Source: Octopus sinensis
Lineage: Eukaryota
NCBI RefSeq assembly: GCF_006345805.1
Contig: NC_043001.1
Span: forward strand, 119,722,001-119,786,000
Direction of reading: 5' to 3'
Length of the DNA stretch: 64,000 nt
A model generated the notes under the pieces. That model was not told where the DNA came from. It did no database searches and saw only the letters and a program-made list of their open reading frames with translations. Position 1 is the stretch's first letter. Each line of letters begins with the position of its first letter. The position numbers and the translations under genes are program-made. Below, piece after piece: positions 13,196 through 25,380 of this stretch.

Positions 13196-13230
<35 letters not shown>

Positions 13231-13430
13231 TATGTACATGCACATAATACAATTGTTCACATACACACACTCTTCTGGACAGTCTCCTTGTTTAAGTTGG
13301 TGAATGCTGCCGTAAGCCTTGCCTTCAGTTCATCTTTGGGGTTACAAGGAGTTTTGTTGGTCTCTTGCTCAGCTGCACCCCACACATAATAATCAAGAGG
13401 ATTCCAGTCTAGGGAGTCACCACACACACA
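13013..13430 (-). mobile_element. Rearranged end fragment of a maT/DD37D-type Tc1/mariner element
   Basis: Matches 61414-61740 (ccaaaattacataaaaatatc; ...ccccacacataataatcaagagg). Starts with tacagggtg TIR; interrupted by a hairpin and (TA)n. Confidence 0.8.
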
Positions 13431-13456
13431 CACACATTTTTATGTCAATTTAACAA

Positions 13457-13672
13457 TTAACCCTTTAGCATTCAGTTTACTCAGTCAAATGTAATACTTA
13501 TTTGTTCACATTGGTTTGAATTAATCATTTCTTTATCCCGGAATCTAAAGATTTCAATGATATTTTCAGAGTAACATTGTAGAGTAGGTGTGAGAAGCTG
13601 ATCTGGCTAGTTTGGACACAATACAAAGAGATTAACTGGACCAGATATGACCAGTTTAAATGCTAAGGCTTA
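13457..13672. mobile_element. MITE with TTAA-CCCT termini (piggyBac-like)
   Basis: ttaa ccctttagcatt ... aatgctaaggctta; an inverted copy lies at 40575-40796. Confidence 0.7.
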
Positions 13673-13888
13673 CTTGATACTCTTCAGTCGAGCACATATT
13701 CATTGATTTTTATATGGAAGAAGTCATCAATGAATAAGTTCTGGGGTTGATTTGCTCAACTAAAGGCGGAGCTCCAGCATGGCCGCAGTCAAATGACTGA
13801 AACAAGTAAAAGAGTAAAAGAGCAATGATTTCAGGGTTTCGGTGCACAAGCCAAAATTTTGAAGTTTCTGTGAACCTTTTCCTTGTAA

Positions 13889-13935
<47 letters not shown>

Positions 13936-13936
<1 letters not shown>

Positions 13937-13953
13937 CACGTGCATATATACCT

Positions 13954-13993
<40 letters not shown>

Positions 13994-14479
13994 ATGTGTG
14001 TGTGTGTGTTGAAGAAACTTGCTTTGCAACCATGTGGTTCTGGGTTCAGTCCCACTGAACAGCATCTTCAGTAAGTGTCTACTGCTATAGCCCCAGGATG
14101 ACCAATGACTTGAGTGCAAATTTGGCGGGCAGAAACTGCCATATGTCTATACATGTGTGTATGTGTTTCTTCCATTGCCACTGCTTGACAGCTGGTGTCA
14201 GTTTGTTTACATCCCCTATCTTAGTAGTTCGCCACGAAAGAATAAAAGAATAAGTACCAGGCTTAAAAAGTAAAAATACTGGGGTCAATTTGTTCAACTA
14301 AGGCTTTCAAGACAGTGCCTAGCATGGCCACAATGCAATGAGTGACACACATTAGAAAATTAAAGGGATGTATTTACTCACATACAAACACACACACACA
14401 AACACACACACATACACACACAAACACACAAATGTATGTATATATATATATATGTATATGTGTGTGTGTATATATATAC

Positions 14480-14513
<34 letters not shown>

Positions 14514-14781
14514 GCATGCTTATTTGCATTTATATATCGCCATCGTTGTCGTCATCATCCTTTTAATGTCCACTTTTCTGAGTATGACAGAGTTTATTGA
14601 GCCAGATTTTCTACCTTTCCTCTCACCAACCCTAACCTGTTTCCCAACCAGGTAATATTGGAAATGAAAGCACTGCTTGTATGACAGTGGCACTCATTTA
14701 CAGTTATGACATGATGTCAAGTGAAGGAGACATAAAAATACACAAGATACACATACACTTACACACACAAATACACATACA

Positions 14782-14835
<54 letters not shown>

Positions 14836-15424
14836 CACACACACATATATATATATATATACACATAGTTTTCATCTACCAAATATACTCACAAGTCTTT
14901 TTTTACCTGGGACTTTAGTAAAAGACAAAAGATATTTACTCAAGGTGTCATGCAGAGGTATTGAACTCAGAACCATGTATTGGGGAAAAAACTTCTCATT
15001 TTATACGGCCACTCCTAGATATATATATATATATATATATATATTACATGCATACATATATTGTTTTATTTTGTTGCTTTAGTTTTCCTCTGCTTATTTA
15101 CTAGCGTCCTAAAAGGCTACAGTGTCTCAGAGTTTGGCCCCTGAGTATTATTGTCTATTCAAGTTTTCTGTTATTTTAATCTTAATCATTATACGATCAT
15201 ATCAGCTAATTTTTTGACTTCTTACAGTGAAAATATATGTGTGTGTGTATGTGTGTACCTGTATATAAATATGTATGTATATATAAGTGAAAATGTGAGA
15301 AAATACTTAGTGCAACTACAACTTATCTTAATATATATATATATTTTTTTAAACTAAATTAGTGTAAAAACTATATCCACCATCTGCAACTAGTCCCCAG
15401 TGATATATATATATATGTGTGTAT

Positions 15425-15458
<34 letters not shown>

Positions 15459-15490
15459 ATATATATAAATATTAATATTTCTAAGTCTAT

Positions 15491-15543
<53 letters not shown>

Positions 15544-15580
15544 ATATATATTATATATATACACACGTGCATATATACCT

Positions 15581-15611
<31 letters not shown>

Positions 15612-16060
15612 GTGCATGTGTGTGTGTGTGTGGTGTGTGTGTGCATGTGTGTGTGTGTGTTGAAGAAATTGCTTTGCAACCATGTGGTTCTGGGTTCAGT
15701 CCCACTGAACAGCATCTTCAGTAAGTGTCTACTGCTATAGCCCAGGATGACCAATGACTTGAGTGCAAATTTGGCGGGCAGAAACTGCCATATGTCTATA
15801 CATGTGTGTATGTGTTTCTTCCATCGCCACTGCTTGACAGCTGGTGTCAGTTTGTTTACATCCCCTATCTTAGTAGTTCGCCACGAAAGAATAAAAGAAT
15901 AAGTACCAGGCTTAAAAAGTAAAAATACTGGGGTCAATTTGTTCAACTAAGGCTTTCAAGACAGTGCCTAGCATGGCCACAATGCAATGAGTGACACACA
16001 TTAGAAAATTAAAGGGATGTATTTACTCACATACAAACACACACACAAACACACACACAT

Positions 16061-16100
<40 letters not shown>

Positions 16101-16133
16101 GTATATGTGTGTGTGTATATATATACATATATA

Positions 16134-16167
<34 letters not shown>

Positions 16168-17145
16168 GCATGCTTATTTGCATTTATATATCGCCATCGT
16201 TGTCGTCATCATCCTTTTAATGTCCACTTTTCTGAGTATGACAGAGTTTATTGAGCCAGATTTTCTACCTTTCCTCTCACCAACCCTAACCTGTTTCCCA
16301 ACCAGGTAATATTGGAAATGAAAGCACTGCTTGTATGACAGTGGCACTCATTTACAGTTATGACATGATGTCAAGTGAAGGAGACATAAAAATACACAAG
16401 ATACACATACACTTACACACACAAATACACATACACACACATACACACACACACACACACACACAACATATATATATATATATATACACACACACATATA
16501 TATATATATATACACATAGTTTTCATCTACCAAATATACTCACAAGTCTTTTTTTACCTGGGACTTTAGTAAAAGACAAAAGATATTTACTCAAGGTGTC
16601 ATGCAGAGGTATTGAACTCAGAACCATGTATTGGGGAAAAAACTTCTCATTTTATACGGCCACTCCTAGAGATATATATATATATATATATATATATTAC
16701 ATGCATACATATATTGTTTTATTTTGTTGCTTTAGTTTTCCTCTGCTTATTTACTAGCGTCCTAAAAGGCTACAGTGTCTCAGAGTTTGGCCCCTGAGTA
16801 TTATTGTCTATTCAAGTTTTCTGTTATTTTAATCTTAATCATTATACGATCATATCAGCTAATTTTTTGACTTCTTACAGTGAAAATATATGTGTGTGTG
16901 TATGTGTGTACCTGTATATAAATATGTATGTATATATAAGTGAAAATGTGAGAAAATACTTAGTGCAACTACAACTTATCTTAATATATATATATATTTT
17001 TTTAAACTAAATTAGTGTAAAAACTATATCCACCATCTGCAACTAGTCCCCAGTGATATATATATATATGTGTGTATATATATATATATATATAATATAT
17101 ATATATATATATAATATATATAAATATTAATATTTCTAAGTCTAT

Positions 17146-17198
<53 letters not shown>

Positions 17199-17220
17199 AT
17201 ATATATTATATATATATACA
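13936..17220. repeat. Tandem duplication, two copies of ~1.63-1.66 kb
   Basis: Copy 1 at 13936-15562 and copy 2 at 15563-~17220. Near-identical, including SINE pieces and unique sequence; they differ mainly in microsatellite lengths. Confidence 0.95.
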
Positions 17221-18019
17221 TATATATATATATGTGTATGTATATGTTTATCAATGAAATATATACAATTTGTGTTTTTAATGAATTGATATAAAATGAG
17301 GAAGGTTAATCTTGGTATGGTTTGTGAATTTGTTCAAGTATGATTAAAAACAATATTTGGATAATGTCTTATTTGCTTCCTTTCGATATTGAGGTTATTT
17401 TGCTTTAAGTGCCATTTCAAAAAGTTGGCATGAGTGCCTTCAGCTGAATGTGAATTTGTATTATGCCATTTTTTAAAAAATTTACTTATGTCTAATATTT
17501 TAATTTTTTTCTTGCTTTCTTTACTGTTTGTTTCTTTATTTCAAAACTTTTCTGCTGCTAGAAAATATTTACTTGCATTTTTCTTTATTTTCATGAATGT
17601 TTTCTATATTGCTCTGTATTCTTAAAATGTTTATTTTCTTAGTGTGGCACAATGCTTCTCTTATTTGTACAAACACATCAGTGTATGGTGTGGTTTAGTA
17701 ACATGGATTATCAAGAGCATGCTCATAGGTTAAAAACTTGCTGTAACTATTGCATTGTGTCTCCATAGTCTACCCAGATGTTAAAACCTGATTTCTACTT
17801 CACATTAAGTTGTGTAGTTTGTATGAGAAAAGAGGACATGACCACCTCAAAAATATTCCAACTCTATACAAATATTTCGTTTATGCTCATGGTGGAAAAC
17901 AAATGTAAAAAAATGTTTTAAAAAATGAGGAAAATAGGTTGAGAAATGTTATCTGACAAAAATAATTGTCAACTGCCCCTTTAAATTGAATTTGTCTCTT
18001 AAAATATTAGTGCACTTTT

Positions 18020-18340
18020 TAAGATATTGGAGTGTTAGAAAACAATATTGTGATAAAGAAGTAGAAACAATATAGTGCTGGACTAGACGTTGTTTCAAAG
18101 TTACTGGTGTAGTAGAAATATTATGATGCTAGACTAATTGTGGCTTTTAAGGTACTAGTGTGGTAGAAACAGTACAGTGCATAACTTAATGTGGTCTATA
18201 AGGTACTGCTGTAATAAGAACAATATCATGCTAAATGTGTTTTCAGGGGTATTGGACAGTAGAGAAAATATAGTTTAGAACTAACTGTAGCTTCTGAAAT
18301 ATTGGTGTGGCAGAAGCAATATAGTGCTATATGTGAAGTG
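18020..18340. repeat. Degenerate ~50-bp minisatellite, about 6-7 copies
   Basis: Consensus ~aaggtactggtgtggtagaaacaatatagtgctagactaattgtggcttt, visible by eye. Confidence 0.7.
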
Positions 18341-18550
18341 TTTAGTTATTGTTCAAATTTCTGAGAGTTCAAGTCTTTTGTAGTTTTAACTTGTCTTTCA
18401 TCCCCCACTAGAATCAATAAAATAAGTACTTATAAAACATTAGTGGGGAATCAATTGTTTATACCACTTCCCAACAATTGCATGGCTTTATACCCATGTA
18501 TATACATTCATTTTGGATAGTTTTTCCTAAGTTACTCTGGAAAGTTAATA

Positions 18551-18776
18551 TTAACCCTTTTCATACCAACCCAAATGAGACTGCCCCTGGTTCTATAATA
18601 CAAACTTCCTATATAAAAGTGATCCAAATTAAAAGTTTCCTTTGAAATTTCTTGTTAATCTATGACCTAGACACCGATTCTAAATTCTTCATTATATTAA
18701 ATTCTTCATTATTTTAAAAAATAAAATTAAACAAAGGCAGTAAATTTTAATAGAAATATGGTAACAAAAGGGTTAA
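18551..18776. mobile_element. MITE with TTAA target site and CCCT...AGGG ends (piggyBac-like)
   Basis: ttaa cccttttcatacc ... ggtaacaaaaggg ttaa. Confidence 0.75.
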
Positions 18777-20416
18777 TCAGCTTAAGATGATTTTTTAAAA
18801 ATTTTAGTGTCTTATTCTTAAGATAGGTATAAATTCCTACAGTTGTCTGTAATTTCCCTTTTTAGCATAAGTGATTAGGTATAACTCGTTTAAGCATGGT
18901 AGAATGATTAAAAGCTACTGGTGAGACAAGTTCAATTTGGTTCATGGTTGAAATCATTTTCACTCTACTTTCTCTATTTATGTATTGGTGAAAGGCATAA
19001 ATTCATAAGTTATTCTTTTCTCTTTCTCATTAAAAATATATTATATTTCATGCCCCTTGGAAGCTTGCATTATACACTCCTTCAAACACTCTTCAAGCAG
19101 TGTGATGCTGCGCTTCATCTGGAAACATGTTAATTTTTAATAATAAAAGAATACATTATGAATTTATATATACAACAGTGCATTAGTCTACTTGTATTCC
19201 AATATTTATTGCCTCATTTACAGGTACTTTTCCAATAGAAGCTGATGAAAATATAGTCAAGTGTGACAATCCTTATAATTTATATTTATTTGAAATACAT
19301 TTTTATTCTCCAACAAGCTTATATCATTTCTTTTCATTTCATTTTTGAGCATATTTAAAGTATTAGATGAAAGAATCAAGATTCTTATACAAACAATAAG
19401 GATGCAATGTGCCTCTGCCCAGTTTTTATTTACATTTCTCTCTAGTCTAATTAAATTTTTCAGATTTCCTGATAAATGCCTCAAAACACCAAACTTGTTG
19501 ATCCTTTCAAGAATTTATGTAAGTGACATTAAGTGGTTAGTGCAATCAATTTCAGACAGCTCCAACACTGTATTCTTTCCTGTCATATAGAATTTGCCTG
19601 TCACTAGTTGATGCATTAACATTTTGCTTCCTTTTATTTTTCTTCATTTTTCATTTCTGGGGTTTTCAAAGTGACTTGTGTACATGGTTGTCATACTGAA
19701 AGTTGTCACTTTCTTCATTATGGTTCCTGAAGCAACAAAGATAATGATGATATTCCTGATGAACATGGTGATGACAGGGTTTTGTTATCATTAATATTAT
19801 TCTTATTATTATTATTATTATTATTAATTCATGAACATTTTTATTCCAATTATTGTTGTTAAAAGGATTTACATTAGCATCATAAATACAATGTCAGAGA
19901 AAAAAATCTAAGTTCTTGGTTAGTTAAAACTATAACTAGGTTTTCTAACATAGTTAAAATGACTTTCCTGTATGAATACCTATTTCCAGCATGATACTTT
20001 TAATGAAGGGAAGTTCAACTATTTTTCTGTAAGCAGTTCCATTCCTTTGATTAATAAACTTTATATCATGTATAGAGTTACTCCTTTGAAAATCCGACAA
20101 ATAAACAGAAGTTGTTTGACAACATAAGTTATGAAATATGTTGTAATGAATCTAAATTTTAAATTTCTCATATAATTACAATTCACTAAGTAAACAAAGA
20201 AAAAAATTGAATTGAATATATAGTAAGAGAAAAGGAAAATAATGTTAATTTGGTATATTTGTATAAACTGTGCTGGAAATTTTATCTGGCATGTATGTGT
20301 ATGCATATATATATATATATACATAGTCAACCAGGAATCCATAAGTCAGAAAAAACAAGCACTCATATATTTGTCAGTACAGTGGGTATATTCATCTTTA
20401 TACTATAACACTAGTA

Positions 20417-20635
20417 TACAAGGGGGTGCTGAAAAGTTCTTAGCTTTGACTAAACAGTAACAGGAGGATCGGTTAATTTTGATTTTATTCAACATATTCT
20501 CCTCTCAGATTCACACACCTCTTGCAGTGGTCCTTCAATTTTTCTAAGCCCTGCAAAAGAACTCAGAAGGTTAGGCTTCCAACTAGACCTTTCACAAAAC
20601 CCTCAAAGACAAGAACTTTTCAGCACCTCCTCGTA
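20417..20635 (+). mobile_element. Mariner-derived MITE
   Basis: TIR tacaagggggtgctgaaaagttc ... gaacttttcagcacctcctcgta, with TA ends. Confidence 0.85.
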
Positions 20636-20925
20636 GATACATTTCAACCAATTTTATCAATAAGTTTTATTACTAAATTAAGGAGTGTTGTTGCCCTACT
20701 TTCCATAACAGCGCCTCTGGTGAGTACTGTCTTAGGTTATCATCACCTATAATTCATGTGCAAAACCATTAGTAAAATCAGCTGAAATGGATCTAAAATA
20801 CCGTATAGTATAAAGATATATAAATAAATATATATATGTATACATATATGTATGTAATATATATATATTATATATATATATGATATATTATATATATTAT
20901 ATATATATTATATATATATATTATA

Positions 20926-21075
20926 CTTTATTAAAAAGACACAAAAATATCACAAAAATTGTTACTCAGAGTTTCATGTTCCTGTTCGTCGAGAACATGA
21001 AATTCTGAGTAACAGTTTTTGTGATATTTATGCTGCTTTTTAATAAAGCATATTACTCTACCTCTGGTATTCACA
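20926..21075. mobile_element. Palindromic (tail-to-tail) Penelope-like terminal repeat
   Basis: ~55-bp imperfect arms at 20926-20981 and 20993-21048 carry the 3' half of a hammerhead (GAAA-ctctg-AGTA-acagtttt). Shorter relative at 38980-39070. Confidence 0.7.
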
Positions 21076-21384
21076 TACTATTTTTTCCACCTCGTTTCAC
21101 ATTTCTATGCTTAGTCCGGTATATATGTATATATATATAAGTCCGTTCCTGCTAAGCCGATTTAGCTTCTTTCATCTTCCATTGATGTACCTCCTCTAAT
21201 TTACTAAAGGCACTCTAAGGCTTTTGTAATACTATTGTATTACAATAGCAGAGGCTTAAATGTACTTCTCATACTGACTTATATATATAACAAAGTGGAG
21301 TTATATATATATATATTTATATATATATTTCGACCTATGTGGAATAAAATAACTTTGTTTTCTATATATATATGTATATCTACA

Positions 21385-21605
21385 TATGAGGTGATGCTGA
21401 AAAGTTCCTGGTTTTAAGGGTCTCGTGAAAGGTCTGGTTGGAGGCCCAACCTTCCGGTTTCTTTTACAGGGCTTAGAAAAACTGAAGGACCACTGCAAGA
21501 GGTGTGTGAATCTGAGAGGGGAATATGGTGAATAAAATCGCAATTACCAGATCCTCCTGTATTTTCTTTTACCTAAAGCCAGGAACTTTTCAGAACACTT
21601 TTATA
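21385..21605 (-). mobile_element. Mariner-derived MITE, inverted relative to 20417-20635
   Basis: Internal sequence is the reverse complement of 20417-20635; same TIR. Confidence 0.85.
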
Positions 21606-21635
21606 TGCACGCACACACACACACACACACATATA

Positions 21636-21890
21636 TATCATTGTTATTATGTTAAACTGTTGTATGTCAAAATTTGGCCAAATGTGTTTTTTTTTCATTA
21701 TTTGTTTTTGCTTATAATAGCCAGTTCTTTTGGTCAAACTATCGTATCTCCAGCTGCTTCAGATGCCAAGATGTCAAAAATTCTCAAAGTGTAGTACAAC
21801 AGATTTGCTATGAAATGGTGAAACTATTTTTGGATTTTCTGAAAAAGCAATATTTTGGACTTAAGGCACTTTTGCATAATAGCAACAATA
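21636..21890 (+). mobile_element. Non-autonomous DNA transposon (internally deleted copy)
   Basis: Ends ..tgttattat / ataatagcaacaata. A longer copy at 38396-38778 shares gtatctccagctgcttcagatgcc and ttttggactta.ggcactttt. Confidence 0.7.
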
Positions 21891-21934
21891 TATATATTAT
21901 ATATATGTATATATATATATGCGTGTGTGTGTGA

Positions 21935-21994
<60 letters not shown>

Positions 21995-21995
<1 letters not shown>

Positions 21996-22211
21996 CGTGA
22001 TGCATATATGCCATTTGAATATGGCTAACCCAAAAGGGTGGATGCTACTGTAGTTTGTAGCCCCAGGAAGACACCTCCTCCCGCTGGCTATAGACACACT
22101 ATCTGTGTCCTGTCAGTATTTGTGAAGGGGAGTCATCCTCCCCGTCTTCAACACATGATACACACGTACCCGAGTTTCAAGGTGTTTACCTTTCATCAGC
22201 GTGTGACAATC

Positions 22212-22215
<4 letters not shown>
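21995..22215 (-). mobile_element. ~220-bp hammerhead-bearing repeat embedded in (TA)n
   Basis: Flanked on both sides by (TA)n. A partial inverted copy without the ribozyme lies at 43228-43320. Confidence 0.7.
22161..22205 (-). ncRNA. Type I hammerhead ribozyme, canonical fold
   Basis: Minus strand reads CACACG CTGATGA AAGGT aaac ACCTT GAAA C tcgg GTA CGTGTG: perfect 6-bp stem I, 5-bp stem II, intact core, GUA cleavage triplet. Confidence 0.85.
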
Positions 22216-22289
<74 letters not shown>

Positions 22290-22543
22290 GTTGGCATGTA
22301 AAAAGCACCATTCGAGTAAGCTCATTGTGAGAGGTGACATAAAAAACACCCACTACACTTTTGGAGTGGTTGGCATTAGGAAGGGTATCCACCTGTAGAA
22401 ACTTTGCCAGATCAGACTGGAGCCCACTGGCCTGGCAGTCCAAAGTTAAACCGTCAGTCCATGCCAGCATGGAAAACAGACATTAAACAATGATGATGAT
22501 GATGAGATATTTATATATATGTATATATATATGTATATATATA

Positions 22544-22576
<33 letters not shown>

Positions 22577-22631
22577 ATATATATATATGTATGTATATAT
22601 ATATGTATATGTGTATACATATATTTATATG

Positions 22632-22663
<32 letters not shown>

Positions 22664-22699
22664 ATATGTATATGTGTATGTATATATATATATATATAT

Positions 22700-23161
22700 A
22701 TTGTGTGGAAGAGGTAGACCCAGGAAGACATGGGATGAGGAGGTGAAGTATGACCTTCAAACACTGGGCCTCATTGAGGCGAAGACAGGAGACTGGAACC
22801 TATGGAGATATACTGTGATTGAGAAGACCCAGCAACTAAAGTGAGATCACTACCACGCATATCCAGACCTGTTAAGAATACCCTTCATATGTCGGGTGAT
22901 ATGATATGCTTGAGAAGATCTGTTGTGTCAAGTAGAACCAATATCATAGCTATGGCCAGTGCCCCTGACTGGCTTCCATGCAGGTGGCATGTAAAAAGCG
23001 CCCACTACACTCTCGGAGTGGTTGGTGTTAGGAAGGGCATCCAGCTGTAGGAATATTGCCAGATCAGATTAGAGCTTGGTGCAGCTGCTGGCTCTCCAGA
23101 CCTCAGTCAAACTTTCCAACTTATGTCAGCATGGAAAACAGACATTAAACGATGATGGTGA

Positions 23162-23163
<2 letters not shown>
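22700..23163 (+). mobile_element. RTE LINE 3' end (ORF C-terminus plus 3' UTR)
   Basis: [42 protein letters not shown] followed by the family C UTR and a (GAT)n tail. Confidence 0.85.
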
Positions 23164-23199
<36 letters not shown>

Positions 23200-23827
23200 G
23201 TGTGTGTATATGTGTGTGTGCATGCGTGTGTGTGTGTCTAGTAAAATCCATGAAAAGTGTGGTGTGAACTTGCCATGTGAAGTGGAAAATCTAACAAGTC
23301 AGAGTCATTCTTCAAGGAAAAAATTGAATGAAGAGAAATTAATGAGAGACAGCGGAGTTTGCTATCCTCTAAGTTATAAAAAAAAAACTGGCTGCAGCTG
23401 ATAAGGAACACAGGATCACTTCATGTATAAGCTTCGAACACAACCAAGAAATGGTAGGAGAAATAGTTTGAGAAGAAGTATGGAATGATGTATAAGGTAA
23501 GAAGAATCGAAGCTGACAAAGGCAAAATTGAGAGAACATTTCATAATTGAACTTGGCACCATGTCACAGACAGGTTTAAATGAATGTTTTTTCTTTCTAC
23601 ACCTTATCTTAGGAGGGAATTCACAAAAAAAACAAAAGATGAAGACAGGTGGTGTAGACAGCAAACAGATGTATTAGTATAACACACAGGAAGTGAAAAA
23701 GTCTTTAATGTTTCGAGCCTACACTCTTCCACAGAAAGGAACACAGGGAAACAAGGAGAGAAAATTAAAAAAAACATTTCTCACCCTCCAACTTCCTTTC
23801 ACCTCATCTTTTCCTGTTACCTCACAC

Positions 23828-24590
23828 TGGTGTGGCTGTCTGACAAGAAGTTTGTTTCCCAACCATATGGTTCTGGGTTCAGTCCCACTACATGGCACCT
23901 TGGGAGAGTGTCTTCTACTATAGCCTTGGGCCGACTAAATCCTTGTGAGTAAATTTTGTAGATAGAAACTAAAAGAAGCCCATCGTGTGTGTGTCTTTGT
24001 GTCTGTGTTGTCCCACCACCACCACCACTTGACAACCGATGTTGGTGTGTTTACATTTCCAGTTCAGAGATGGTAGAAGCATTAGTATGCCAGGCGAAAT
24101 GCTTAGCGGTATTTCGTCTGCCACTACGTTCTGAGTTCAAATTCCGCTGAGGTCGACTTTGCCTTTCATCCTTTAGAGGTCGATTAAATAAGTACCAGTC
24201 ACGCACTGGAGTCGATATAATCGACTTAATCCGTTTGTCTGTCCTTGTTTGTCCTCTCTGTGTTTAGCCCCTTGTGGGTAGTAAAGAAACAGGTATTTCG
24301 TCTGCCATTATGTTCTGAGTTCAAATTCTGCCAAGGTCGACTTTGCCTTTCATCCTTTCAGGGTCGATAAATTAAGTACCAGTTACGCACTGGGGTCAAT
24401 GTAATGGACTTAATCCCTTTGTCTGTCCTTGTTTGTCCCCTCTATGTTTAGCCCCTTGTGAGCAATAAAGAAATAAGAATAGGTACCAGGCTTTAAAAAG
24501 AGATATGTATTGGGGTCAATACATTTGACTAAAAAATTCTGGATGGTGCTCCAGCATGATCAGTCTAATGACTGAAACCAGTAAAATAAA
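23828..24590 (+). mobile_element. Family A SINE interrupted by a family B SINE
   Basis: Family A head at 23828 and A tail resuming at ~24478 (aataggtaccagg). Confidence 0.85.
24061..24478 (+). mobile_element. Family B SINE with an internal ~190-bp tandem duplication
   Basis: ggtatttcgtctgcc...gcctttcatccttt...gtcgataaa..aagtaccag...gccccttgtg..aaagaaa occurs twice (24107-24290 and 24291-24478). Confidence 0.85.
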
Positions 24591-25380
24591 AAAAAAACCA
24601 GGAATATTGCTCTTCATTCCATTCCTCTTTCTCTGTACTTTTTGTTTACATATGCAGTTCATGTAGTCCTGTATTCTTTATCAGTTGAAGCCAGTTTTTT
24701 TCACTTGGAGGATGTAAAACTCTGCAATCTTTTATTTAGTTTTCCTCTTCCAACTTCTCCTTGATGTAGGGCACTGTTCAATACATATTTTCTACTCCCT
24801 ATGGCAAGATTGATTGATAGATAGAAACTGGAAGAAGCCTATCATATACATATCCATATAAATGTATGAGTGTATTTTTTTTTGTGAAGGCACATGGCTT
24901 AGTGGTAAGAGCATTTTGCTCATGATCATAATGTTATGAGTTTGATTCCCAGCAGGATGTTGTGTCCTTGAGCAAGACACTTTATTTCACATTACTCCAG
25001 TCCAATAAGCTAGCAAAAGTGAATAGCACTTATATTTCAAAAGGCATCCAGCCACAAAACCCATGCGAAAACAGATAAGAAGTCTGGTGCAGTCTTCTGC
25101 CTGGCCAGCGCCTGTCAAACCGTCCAACCCATGCCAGCAAGGAAGGTGGATGTTAACCGATGATGATAATGATAATGAGGATAATGATGGTGATATGTGT
25201 ATGTATATATATATATACACACATCATGTACATATATGTGTAATCATATATATATATATATATAAAAGAGCAATAAAGATTCAAGTTAATTTAAATGAAT
25301 TTACTTGAATATGGTACCTAACTTAGATGCACCAAAAAAAACTATACTGATTTAACAATACAGTAATGTGGGGTGATTAT

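Noticed and set aside
18020-18340. Repeat-spacer (CRISPR-like) reading of the minisatellite
   Set aside because: Eukaryotic context, units diverge along their whole length, no unique spacers and no cas genes.
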